This document shows positions 27,515-36,698 of a DNA stretch of 64,000 nt, piece after piece. The notes beneath the pieces were generated by a model. The model was not told where the DNA came from. It made no database searches and saw nothing but the letters and a program-made list of their open reading frames with translations. Within the stretch, counting starts at the first letter, position 1. Each line of letters opens with the position of its first letter. The position numbers and the translations under genes were made by a program. The stretch is from assembly GCA_965243645.1 (NCBI GenBank), contig CBDEVD010000005.1:965132-1029131 (forward strand), read 5' to 3'. This stretch comes from Arenicellales bacterium (lineage in GTDB: Bacteria > Pseudomonadota > Gammaproteobacteria > Arenicellales > JAJDZL01).

Positions 27515-28516
27515 CTATACGCCGATGTATGCCGGATAGGATCGGAACTGAAATGGAATGCGGCCTTCTGTGCGATCTCGACTCGGCGAGATTTGAAAAT
27601 GTTTTGCATAGGCTCTTGAGAACTGGGCTGCTGTTCCGAATCCGCAGGCGGTGGCAATCTGAGCAATAGACATCTCTGTTTGCGTAACCAGGCCGCGCGC
27701 CCGGTCGAGCCTGACGTTGATATAGTACCTGATTGGGGTCGTTCCAGTATTGCGTTGGAATATTCGTTGCAACTGCCGTTGTGAAAGTCCCAGCACATTT
27801 GCAATTTCTTTCGGACTTAACGGTTCTTCCAAGTTTCGCTCCATCAATATCACTGCATCACGTAACTTGGACGGCATAGTGTAACCAACCGGTTCCCTGT
27901 CATGTTTCACCTGGGCCTCGTTACCCAAGCGAAATCGGTCTTTGAACAGGTAAACCGCTGACGCATTGGCCAACTCCAACCCATTGTGATTCTGAATCAA
28001 CTGCAGGGCGAGATCAGTGGCTGCCATCCCTCCACAGCAACTGAGTCGGTCGCGGTCGATTACGTAGAGTACCTCTTCGAGGCTAGTTGCTGGGAAAAGT
28101 TCCTCGAAAGCACCACTGTGTTCATAGTGAACCGTTGCCCGATAGCCATCCATCAGCCCAGCCCTGGCAAGTACAAATGCACCCGTGTCGATACCTGCGA
28201 GCATTGCGCCATGCCGCAGGCACTTAACAAACCAGGTTTTCAGTTCAACGCGTCGGTATCGTTCCGGCGCCCAGCTCGAATTGACTACTACCATATCGAA
28301 TGTTGCCGAATCACTGATCGTTCCCGTTACACCCACGGAATTTCCGTTGCTGGCCAACACCGGTTTACCATCCATCGATAGCCATTGCCACTCATAGATG
28401 TTAATCCCTCGTATGTAGTTGGCGGCCCGAAAAGGGTCTATGAATGAAAATGCTGCATTGCCGTTAAAGTCAGGCAGCAATAACATTGCAATTCGAAATT
28501 GATGTGTGTTGTTCAC
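27515..28516 (-). CDS. GlxA-family (AraC-type HTH plus DJ-1/PfpI-like domain) transcriptional regulator, CdhR/GbdR-like
   Basis: N-terminal FRIAMLLLPDF... amidotransferase-like domain and a C-terminal AraC HTH (SIAQIATACGFGTAAQFSRAYAKHF). The start is ambiguous: GTG 28516 or ATG 28486. The track's 28564 start reads through a non-coding direct repeat. Confidence 0.8.
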   Translation of the reverse strand: MNNTHQFRIAMLLLPDFNGNAAFSFIDPFRAANYIRGINIYEWQWLSMDGKPVLASNGNSVGVTGTISDSATFDMVVVNSSWAPERYRRVELKTWFVKCLRHGAMLAGIDTGAFVLARAGLMDGYRATVHYEHSGAFEELFPATSLEEVLYVIDRDRLSCCGGMAATDLALQLIQNHNGLELANASAVYLFKDRFRLGNEAQVKHDREPVGYTMPSKLRDAVILMERNLEEPLSPKEIANVLGLSQRQLQRIFQRNTGTTPIRYYINVRLDRARGLVTQTEMSIAQIATACGFGTAAQFSRAYAKHFQISPSRDRTEGRIPFQFRSYPAYIGV

Positions 28517-28520
28517 AAAT

Positions 28521-28554
28521 ATATGACGAAATAAAACAAAAATATGACGAATAA
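28521..28554. promoter_or_regulatory. direct repeat ATATGACGAA[A/T]A x2 spaced 21 bp; candidate regulator binding site
   Basis: ATATGACGAAATA at 28521-28533 and ATATGACGAATAA at 28542-28554, in the divergent region between the GlxA-type regulator and the Rieske oxygenase gene. Confidence 0.35.
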
Positions 28555-28634
28555 TATCATGCATTGACCATTATCCGCGGGTATATTGTGATTGTTTGAC
28601 CCTTTACGCAATGATTTCACTCTGGCGAGCACCC

Positions 28635-29777
28635 ATGACTTCAGCACTCAATCAACACCAACTGGATTTCGTTCGTAGCGGATTTGATTCTGTTCCACAA
28701 CGCTCCAGTTCAATCAATAAGGTGTGTTACATCGACCCGCAGTTTCTCCAGGTTGAAAATGAGCAGATATTCCAAAAATCCTGGCAGTTTGTTTGTCATG
28801 AAGAAAAGCTGGCGAGCGTCGGCGATTACGTGACCGTTGATATTCAAGGTCTGAGCATTTTAGTAGTACGCACTGAAACGGATGAACTCAAGGCGTTCTA
28901 CAACGTATGCAAGCATCGGGCGCATGAACTCCTGCAAGGTGAGGGTTCGACGCGGCATATTACCTGCCCCTATCATGCCTGGGTATACAAACTGGACGGT
29001 TCTTTATACAAAGCCAGGCGCAGCGAGCATTTGGAGAACTTTGACATTAACAAAGTTTGTCTAACGTCCGTTCGCCTCGAAACATTCTGTCATTTGATAT
29101 TCGTGAACCTGGACCCTGAAGGGCCTTCAATGGCGGCACAGACCGGTGATCTGGAAAAGGAGATTACGAGTTTTGCTCCGGATATCGCAAACCTGACGTT
29201 TGCCCATCGTTTGACCTATCGGGTGCAGGCGAATTGGAAAGCGGTTGTTGATAACTTTTTGGAGTGTTATCACTGCCCTGTTGCGCATCGCGACTTTTGC
29301 TCACTGATTGACATGAAGACCTATCAGGTCACAACCCATGCGCTCTACTCGAGTCACATGGCGAAAGCTAATAAAGCCGACAACGACGCCTACAATATCG
29401 AAAGCGCCAGCGTGACCGACCATGCGGTGTGGTATCTTTGGCCCAACACAACGCTCATGCGATATCCAGGTCGCGGTAATTTCATGGTATGGCGTTTTTA
29501 TCCAGTTAGCGAAACTGAAACTTATGAAGTATTCGATTTTTTTCTGGAATCTGCTGAGCCCAATGATGATGAAAAGGAGGCCATCAAGTTCATTGACGAA
29601 GTATTGCAGCCTGAAGACATTGCACTTGTTGAAAGCGTCCAACGGGGTATGCGTACACCTGCATTTGAGCAGGGCCGGTACCTGGTCGATCCTGAGGGTA
29701 GTGGATTGAGTGAGCATGCAGTCCACCATTTCCATGGTCTGGTGCTGCAGGCTTATGAGCAGGCAACGCTGCCATGA
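28635..29777 (+). CDS. Rieske [2Fe-2S] oxygenase alpha subunit, CntA/GbcA-like quaternary-amine monooxygenase
   Basis: Rieske motif CKHRAHEL-x16-CPYHAW and a mononuclear iron motif ECYHCPVAH. The start is uncertain (ATG 28635, ATG 28611 or TTG 28596). Confidence 0.8.
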   Translation: MTSALNQHQLDFVRSGFDSVPQRSSSINKVCYIDPQFLQVENEQIFQKSWQFVCHEEKLASVGDYVTVDIQGLSILVVRTETDELKAFYNVCKHRAHELLQGEGSTRHITCPYHAWVYKLDGSLYKARRSEHLENFDINKVCLTSVRLETFCHLIFVNLDPEGPSMAAQTGDLEKEITSFAPDIANLTFAHRLTYRVQANWKAVVDNFLECYHCPVAHRDFCSLIDMKTYQVTTHALYSSHMAKANKADNDAYNIESASVTDHAVWYLWPNTTLMRYPGRGNFMVWRFYPVSETETYEVFDFFLESAEPNDDEKEAIKFIDEVLQPEDIALVESVQRGMRTPAFEQGRYLVDPEGSGLSEHAVHHFHGLVLQAYEQATLP

Positions 29778-30727
29778 GTAATGCAACAACCCAAAACTTC
29801 GACACGGTTGCCGTGTTGGGTGCGGGTGTCATTGGTGCCAGTTGGAGCGCGTTATACCTGGCGGCCGGACTCAAAGTGAAGGTCTTTGATGTTGCCGAAG
29901 ATATTGAAGTGAAGGTCAATGCTTATGTGGATAATGCCTGGCCGACACTGGAACAACTGGGTTTGACCGAAACAGACGACCGTACGCGCATCAGCTTTCA
30001 CGATCGCGCATCTGATGCGGTGCAAGGTGCCGACTTCGTTCAGGAAAATGTACCCGAGCGCATTGAGATCAAGCACGCCCTATATCGAGAAATTGAACCG
30101 GAACTGTCTGCAGGTACAATCGTTGCATCGTCGACTTCAGGATTGCTGGTCAGAGAATTACAACGGGGCTGGCACAATCCCGGCAGTTTTATTTTGGGCC
30201 ATCCATTCAATCCACCGCATTTGATTCCACTTGTGGAACTACTGGGGAATGATCAAACTGATCACGGCGTACTGGAATTGGCAGAAAAATTCTATCAGCG
30301 CGTTGGCAAAGTGACCATTCGGGTAAGAAAAGAGATACCTGCCCATGTCGCGAACCGTTTACAGGCTGCGTTGTGGAAGGAGGCCATTCACTTGGTGAAG
30401 ACCGGAGTTGCATCGGTGGAGGATGTTGATAAAGCCATGTGGGCGGGTCCAGGGTTGCGCTGGGCTGCAATGGGGCCGCATTTGTTGTTTCATTTGGGTG
30501 GTGGTCCCGGCGGATTGCGCGAGTTCTGTTCGCGCTACGCAGATAGTTTTCATCATTGGTGGGACACCTTGGGTGATGTACAAATCGACCCGAACACCAT
30601 TGATGAGCTGGTCGCCGGAATTGACAGTGAAACGGGCGCGCGAAGCACCCAGTCGCTGACCGCTGAGCGAGACGCGTTGATTTTGGAATTTCTCAAAGCA
30701 CGCAAGCTTATGTCCAACAATCAATGA
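29774..30727 (+). CDS. 3-hydroxyacyl-CoA dehydrogenase family protein, L-carnitine dehydrogenase-like
   Basis: 317 aa with a Rossmann motif (VAVLGAGVIGASW). Its start overlaps the Rieske gene stop (ATGA), and its position is next to a BKACE gene. Confidence 0.7.
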   Translation: MSNATTQNFDTVAVLGAGVIGASWSALYLAAGLKVKVFDVAEDIEVKVNAYVDNAWPTLEQLGLTETDDRTRISFHDRASDAVQGADFVQENVPERIEIKHALYREIEPELSAGTIVASSTSGLLVRELQRGWHNPGSFILGHPFNPPHLIPLVELLGNDQTDHGVLELAEKFYQRVGKVTIRVRKEIPAHVANRLQAALWKEAIHLVKTGVASVEDVDKAMWAGPGLRWAAMGPHLLFHLGGGPGGLREFCSRYADSFHHWWDTLGDVQIDPNTIDELVAGIDSETGARSTQSLTAERDALILEFLKARKLMSNNQ

Positions 30728-30781
30728 GTCGGCAATCAAGAAACACACTAATCTGAATTCATCGATCTGGAGAAATTGGCA

Positions 30782-31540
30782 ATGAGTCGAATGCTTGAGG
30801 GCAAATATGCGTTGGTTACCGGTGGTGAAGGGGGCATTGGACGGGCAATCTGCAGCAGATTTGCCCGCGAAGGTGCAACGGTGGTGTCCGCCGATTTAAC
30901 GCGACAGGTTTCGTCACAACAAGACATTCGTTTTGTAGAGTTTGACGTAACCTCAGAGCAAAGTGTTGCGTCAAATTTCAAGACATTGAGCCACCAATGG
31001 GACCGACTTGACATTCTGGTTAACGCCGCGGGAATTGAGATTGAAAAAACCATTGAGGAAACCTCACTCGAGGAGTGGAACCGGATATTTGCTATCAACG
31101 TAACCGGTACATTTTTGACATCCAAGTTTGCGTTACCCATGCTTAGACAATCCAACGGTGCCAGTGTCATCAACTTCGGATCCTATGACGGATTCATAGC
31201 AGACCCCAAATTGGCCGCTTACTGTGCGACCAAGGGAGCTGTTCATGCCTTGACCCGCGCGATGGCCTGTGACCATGGACCCGAAGGCATTCGTGTCAAC
31301 GCCATTTGTCCAGGGTATGTTGATACCCCAATGTTGGCCAGTTTCTTTGGCAGCCGCGCTGACTCGGAGACATTGAAACAAGCCGCTCGAGACGCCCATC
31401 CCATGCGCATGTATGGTCAGCCGGAAGACATTGCCAATCTCGTTAATTGGCTGGCGTGTGATGAAGCTCGCTATGCTTGTGGCCAGTTGTGGGTCATCGA
31501 TGGCGGATTGAGTGCTCAGGTTCAGCAAATGCGCTTGTAG
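30782..31540 (+). CDS. short-chain dehydrogenase/reductase (SDR)
   Basis: TGGEGGIGRAI cofactor motif, NAAG, and catalytic Y-x3-K (YCATKGA). Confidence 0.85.
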   Translation: MSRMLEGKYALVTGGEGGIGRAICSRFAREGATVVSADLTRQVSSQQDIRFVEFDVTSEQSVASNFKTLSHQWDRLDILVNAAGIEIEKTIEETSLEEWNRIFAINVTGTFLTSKFALPMLRQSNGASVINFGSYDGFIADPKLAAYCATKGAVHALTRAMACDHGPEGIRVNAICPGYVDTPMLASFFGSRADSETLKQAARDAHPMRMYGQPEDIANLVNWLACDEARYACGQLWVIDGGLSAQVQQMRL

Positions 31541-31583
31541 CAACACAAAACACAAATATTGATTCAATTTTGGGGTTCTGACT

Positions 31584-32516
31584 GTGACAAGTAAAAGCGT
31601 GATTATTACCTGTGCCGTGACCGGGGGTATTCATACCCCTTCGATGTCACCTTATTTGCCGATTACACCGGCACAGATTGCCGATGCAGCGATTGGTGCG
31701 GCCGAAGCTGGTGCAGCAATTGTCCATCTTCATGCCCGCGACCCGGAGGTGGGTCGACCGGACTATCGACCTGAAACGTTTATGCAGTTCCTGCCCGTAA
31801 TTGGTGAGCGTAGCGATGTGGTTGTGAATGTATCGACCGGTGGGGGTCTTGGCATGACGATTGATGAACGTCTTGCCGCGGCCTTGCAAACCAGCCCAGA
31901 GATGGCGTCGATGAATATGGGTTCGCTGAACTTTGGAATTTTCCCGATGGCTGAGAAATACACGGATTGGAAGTTTGATTGGGAAAAACCATTTCTGGAA
32001 ATGACGCGGGATTTCATCTTTCCGAATACGTTCAAGACGATTGAATATGCGCTGAAGGAACTTGGCGAGGCACATGGAACGCGCTTTGAATTCGAGTGCT
32101 ATGACCTCGGGCATTTGTATAACCTGGCGTACTTTGTTGACCAGGGTTTGATTGAACCGCCATTTTTTATTCAACTGATTTTTGGCATCCTGGGCGGAGC
32201 CGGTCCGGATCCTGACAATTTGACCCATATGCATTCGATCGCACAAAAATTGTTTGGCGATGATTTTGAGTGGTCTGTTTTGGCGGCCGGTCGGTTCCAA
32301 ATGCCGTTTGCGACCCAGGCGGCAACCATGGGTGGCAATTTACGCGTTGGTTTAGAAGACAGTCTGTGGCTTGGTAAGGGCGAGTTGGCCAAGTCCAATG
32401 CCGCACAGATCGTCAAGATTCGGTCGATTATTGAAGCGCTGGGTTACAGTGTTGCAACATCAGATGAAGTGCGATCCAGATTGGCTCTCAAAGGCAAGGG
32501 GAATGTTAAATTTTGA
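31584..32516 (+). CDS. beta-keto acid cleavage enzyme (BKACE/DUF849; 3-keto-5-aminohexanoate cleavage family), dehydrocarnitine cleavage candidate
   Basis: 310 aa. The N-terminus VIITCAVTGGIHTPSMSPYLPITPAQIA and the HLHARDP motif are typical of BKACE TIM barrels. Confidence 0.8.
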   Translation: MTSKSVIITCAVTGGIHTPSMSPYLPITPAQIADAAIGAAEAGAAIVHLHARDPEVGRPDYRPETFMQFLPVIGERSDVVVNVSTGGGLGMTIDERLAAALQTSPEMASMNMGSLNFGIFPMAEKYTDWKFDWEKPFLEMTRDFIFPNTFKTIEYALKELGEAHGTRFEFECYDLGHLYNLAYFVDQGLIEPPFFIQLIFGILGGAGPDPDNLTHMHSIAQKLFGDDFEWSVLAAGRFQMPFATQAATMGGNLRVGLEDSLWLGKGELAKSNAAQIVKIRSIIEALGYSVATSDEVRSRLALKGKGNVKF

Positions 32517-32609
32517 AGTACGTTCATTCCGTTACTTTGGTCCATTCGACACAACCAAATCGATATTACAGTTGAAAGAATATACCCATCGATTTGTTTT
32601 CTCTGAATT

Positions 32610-34049
32610 TCAAGAAATTATCTTCTCGCCCCAAATTTTTTTCCACTCTGAAAATTCCAATGGGGTTATGCGATAACGCGCGAAACTTCCACTGTGAACA
32701 CTTAAAAGATTTCGCTCGGCCGCATGACGGAACTGCTCCTGGTTGTCTTGATCAATGTTCTGCTGTGTCCATAAGTGGATAAATTTAGCCGCGCTCGATT
32801 TACTCAACTTATTTCGAATGACTTCAGCAAAAATTTCATGCAGCTCAGTTCGATATTTCAGTCCAAATGGGTCTGGTTCTCCAACAGTCTGTCGAATTGT
32901 TGCATAACGATCGACTGAGCGCTCATAAGCAAACATAAAAACATCTCGAAGCAGACCTGTCCTGTTCAGCTCATAGACACCAAGCAAAGCCTCAATATAT
33001 GACTTCCCTAGGAACATCTTCAAAGCAAATTGGCACCAGATTCGCCCTGAATAAGCGCAATGTTCGCACTTAAACGCGCACCCTTTTGTTGACAGCATCG
33101 AATGGTTGCAAATAAGGAAGTTGTGCGAAGACAAAAAAGCTCTGTTCGAAAGGGTCATCAATTTGTGCAGCAAACATCAGCACCTGCTCAAAACATTCTT
33201 CTATCTGCTGCGGAATCGCAAGCGGCGTATAGACCGAGCCTTCGATACCTACACCAACTTGTCGCAGCCGGCCTTCGGACGCTGTCTGCATAAGCAGATT
33301 TTCTGCGAGCATCCCATGAAGACTCAAGATGCTATAGCGATTGAATTCAATTTCGTCCACTGCATCGACAAGAATCTCTATAGCACTCTTGTGGTTCAAG
33401 ATCATTTGAGTTTCCTGGTTCGATTTGTTTTCTGCTGCAATTCCCTCTTCAATAAGGCGCTTAGTATCGAGAAGCGAATAGGTATTGCCTTCCAGTGTGT
33501 TTGAGTTCCAAGAAAGATCAATCAGCAACCTGTTAAAAATTACTTTCGTATAAGTGCCAGCTGGCTGTCCTGCTGCAGCTTGGGTTGTTCCGATTCTCAA
33601 GAGGTGGGACCTTTCCTCTGGGGGGACAAATAATGCGTATCATGCGGCCGATAGGATTCGAGAAACTGTCGGTTATAGCCAACCGGTTTGCGCAGATATT
33701 GAGGCTGACTCAAGTATCTTTGTAGCTCTGTCCCGGATTCAGAGATCGAAATTTCTTGAACTCGCACTTGACTAATTTCTTGAACTTCGGCCTCGGGTTT
33801 CTGGATCACCGCAGCGGCAGGAATTTTCACGTACTTCGTCGAACGAGCTTGACCTTCCTTTTTGATTCGATGATTATCAACCAGAAACTTCAGGTGAAAT
33901 TGCAGCGTACGGTTGGGCTGTGGGTCAGTTAACGCAGCTGAATTTTCTTTCGCACTTAATCCATCAGGATGGTGCTGCAACAAACCCTCAATCAGATTGA
34001 GCGATTTTTCTGGTATTTTGTTTGGCAAAGCAGTTTTATTATTGCGCAA
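32610..34049 (-). pseudogene. Fic-family protein gene (wHTH N-domain plus Fic fold with degenerate motif), disrupted by at least 2 frameshifts
   Basis: Three consecutive ORFs in different frames (33597-34049, 33070-33600, 32610-33173) together reconstitute one Fic-type protein. Supporting segments are ...RLLIDLSWNSNTLEGNTYSLLDTKRLIEEG..., LQPFDAVNKRV in place of HPFxDGNGR, then ...ALLGVYELNRTGLLRDVFMFAYERS.... Confidence 0.65.
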
Positions 34050-34399
34050 ACATGAATTTAACGGATTCTTTGTGCAACGCGAAAAACACTCTGAAGTACT
34101 TTATGCCTGATCTGTGCAATCCAGTGATCTGCCTACCTGCTTACAATTTCAACGCATTGAGTTCATCAGTTTAAGACGGTCAATGGGGTTCGCTTAAAGA
34201 GGTGTCTGATTCTTTAGAGAATCGCCGGCTATTGAGGCCGGATGATGTGTCAGACATTCAAAACAAAAGTTAACCTTGTTTGATACACACTTCAGCTGGG
34301 CTGGCACAAAGGGAATTAATTTAGGGAATAATCGTTAAAAAATGATATAATTGATAGCATATCTAGCCTATTAAGAATCACATCGATGGATAGAGCATT

Positions 34400-34639
34400 A
34401 TGACAAAAAGCTTGCTCGTTCGAAATGTTGAAGAAGAACTGGTGTCTCGACTTAAACGTCGTGCTGCACTCAATGGACGATCGGCAGAAGCTGAACATCG
34501 GGAGATCCTTCAGCGAGCACTGTCTGCTGACACTATACCGGACTTTGCCGAACTTGCTGCGCAAATTCGTAAACTGACACAGGGTCAGGAGCAGATTCCC
34601 GCAGAAATACTTCTGCGCGAAGGGCGCAACGCACGTTGA
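34400..34639 (+). CDS. vapB: type II antitoxin, FitA/VapB-like ribbon-helix-helix
   Basis: 79 aa (MTKSLLVRNVEEELVSRLKRRAALNGRSAEAEHREIL...). Overlaps the PIN toxin gene by 4 nt. Confidence 0.8.
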   Translation: MTKSLLVRNVEEELVSRLKRRAALNGRSAEAEHREILQRALSADTIPDFAELAAQIRKLTQGQEQIPAEILLREGRNAR

Positions 34640-35079
34640 GCCTTACGTTTGTCATCGATGCGAGTGTTGCAATCAAGTGGCTCATTGAAGAAGAGCACAC
34701 GGCGGATGCACTTGCTGTGCTCGACAATGCGAATCTGTATGCTCCCGATATTCTTGTTGCGGAATGCGCCAATGTTCTGTACAAGAAACAGCAGCAAAAG
34801 TTAATTTCAAAGAAGAGTGCTTTGTTGGCTGCCGATGCGCTAAGGTTGGCGAAGATAGAACTATTTCCAACCATGCATCTGATTCGATTCGCAACCGACT
34901 TGGCGATTGAGATAAATCATCCTGCCTACGATTGCATTTATCTTGCGCTGGCGGTCTGGAAAAAGGTACGATTTATTACTGCAGATGAGAGATTCCAACG
35001 CAAGGTTGGTACAAGATACCCACAGATGCAGCGGGACAACATTCTGTCACTTAAGCGGGCTGGAATATTATTCAGTTGA
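34636..35079 (+). CDS. vapC: type II toxin, PIN-domain VapC
   Basis: 147 aa. The N-terminal FVIDASVAIKW acidic motif and later ADERF region are typical of VapC. Confidence 0.8.
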   Translation: MSLTFVIDASVAIKWLIEEEHTADALAVLDNANLYAPDILVAECANVLYKKQQQKLISKKSALLAADALRLAKIELFPTMHLIRFATDLAIEINHPAYDCIYLALAVWKKVRFITADERFQRKVGTRYPQMQRDNILSLKRAGILFS

Positions 35080-35447
35080 GGCTCAATGCCTTCCGACGTG
35101 AATGATCCAACTCGGCTGCAATAAAGAACAAGAAGGGTTTTCACGGTTATTCTCGTCAATATTATTCAAATTCAAAGAACTCAACGTTATCACCCACTTT
35201 TTTGTGTGCGTCGTAAGCCGGCGTCCGAATCAAACTCAATTCACACTTTTTATTGGGTATGCGTCAAAGTGCGGTCAGAAACGGCATTAATTGCATAATC
35301 TTGAGATATATGATGTCGATTTTGATGAATATGAACAGTGTACTTGAGCGATTCATCCGAGTACTGATAGAACATAATAAATTTGATAGCAAATCCAATC
35401 ATTTTTCGTGCACACACGTCAATGGGGAGTGGCAGTCGGCGTAAAGT

Positions 35448-35675
35448 TTGTCCATTCGAAAGGTTGAAGAACAACTGGTAACTCGTCTTAAACGTCGCGC
35501 CGCTCTCAATGGTCAGTCGGTAGAAGCCGAGCACCGGGAATTTCTTCGCGAAGTTTTATCTGCCGACACTGCACCAGACTTTAACGAGTTGGCAGCGCAA
35601 GTTCGTAAACTGACCAAGCGGCAGGAACAGATTGCAGCGAACGCTCATTTGCGAGAAGGGTGTGAACCACGTTGA
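35448..35675 (+). pseudogene. second FitA/VapB-like antitoxin paralog, 5'-truncated (orphan remnant)
   Basis: Aligns to 34400-34639 (IRKVEEQLVTRLKRRAALNGQSVEAEHREFL...) but lacks the ATG/MTK start, with an in-frame TAA just upstream. Only a TTG start is available. Confidence 0.55.
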
Positions 35676-35758
35676 GTCCGATGTTTGTAATCGATGCCAG
35701 TGTTGACTCAGGACTCGATATTCCATCCAGCCAAATAGATAGTGTTCTGTTTAAATAA
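35672..35758 (+). pseudogene. VapC (PIN) remnant: first ~11 codons only
   Basis: LSPMFVIDASV matches the start of the intact VapC (LSLTFVIDASV). Similarity is then lost and a stop follows after 28 codons. Confidence 0.6.
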
Positions 35759-36263
35759 TTGGTGGGAGGAGGCGAGTCTGTGGCAATTTTGGTCTAAACT
35801 CCACATCTTGGCCCCAAACCGATCCCTTATTGACAAGGCCAACGAGAGTCAAGACTTCAATGATGCCTCGTACGTTGTGTTGTACCGAAGCGCAATTGGC
35901 AAGGTACTATTTGCTGGTGATGCCCATGATGAAATTTGGGAATTTGTCGAGCAAAATTACAAGCTAGAAGCCTCTAATGTCGACCTGCTTATAGCGCCAC
36001 ACCATGGGCGAAAGTCAGGTCGTAACTACGAGTTTCTGGACTTTGTCAAACCCAAACTTACTCTTTTCGGTTGTGCCCTATCGAAGGATCTGGCCTATGA
36101 CGCATGGAATTATAGGAACCTAGCTCACATCACGAATAATCAGTGCGGATGTGTCGTTGCTGAGGGAACAGATTTAATGGAAATCTACGTAGAGAACGAA
36201 GTTTTCGCTGAAAAATCCGATGGAGATACTACTAGGGTTAATCATCAAGGATTCTTTTTTTAG
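35742..36263 (+). pseudogene. C-terminal fragment of a metallo-beta-lactamase-fold (ComEC/Rec2-type) hydrolase
   Basis: VLFAGDAHDE...DLLIAPHHGRKSG...KPKLTLFG matches the distal half of MBL-fold proteins. The N-terminal HxHxDH region is absent. Confidence 0.5.
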
Positions 36264-36698
36264 GTGAGGTTAGTTAACTGATAACACGAAAGTTGTGTCA
36301 GGCGTTGATAGCTCCTGCGTAGAGTAGCACATTGTTGACGGTGGAGGAGCTAAACGGGTTATTGTCTGCGTTGAGTTGCGCTATCAACCGAAAACAGCCT
36401 CTGATTTCCTTAATCTGACTGACAACACCAAGCCGCGGTTGATACACAAAGGGCGAATGAACATTCGTTGTTGGCAACTATTAACTATTATCCTCTTAAA
36501 ATAGTCAGATTCACTACAATTCCGCGTGAATGCCAGTCAGAAATTTGAGTGAGAAGTCCGTGCTTTACCGGCTAATTTCTGAGCCGGGCAGAAGATATAC
36601 AGCGAAAAAAGGCAGCCGGACTGCTGAACCCTCGGTGTTCCAAGAGGATCGCGTAATTTGGCAAGTCGCCATTTTTTTTGCACAATTCAGGTAGAAGT

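Noticed and set aside
28517-28564. The 5' end of the regulator ORF, translating to MHDIIRHIFVLFRHIFV
   Set aside because: This peptide repeat is the translation of a 21-bp-periodic DNA direct repeat in a promoter-like AT-rich region. GlxA-family proteins normally begin a few residues before the RIA(M/V)LLLPxF segment.
33597-33600. The 4-nt overlap between ORFs 33597-34049 and 33070-33600, considered as translational coupling of two separate genes
   Set aside because: The downstream ORF would need a TTG start, and the two pieces correspond to contiguous parts of single-chain Fic proteins. A third break occurs right after the Fic motif. A frameshifted pseudogene is the simpler reading, although I could not run an alignment to prove it.
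36264-36698. 430-bp non-coding stretch upstream of priA with an 8-bp inverted repeat (TAGCTCCT ... AGGAGCTA), considered as a possible sRNA, tRNA or att site
   Set aside because: No tRNA-like cloverleaf, terminator or conserved motif could be recognised by eye. The long ~30-nt loop makes a stable structure doubtful.
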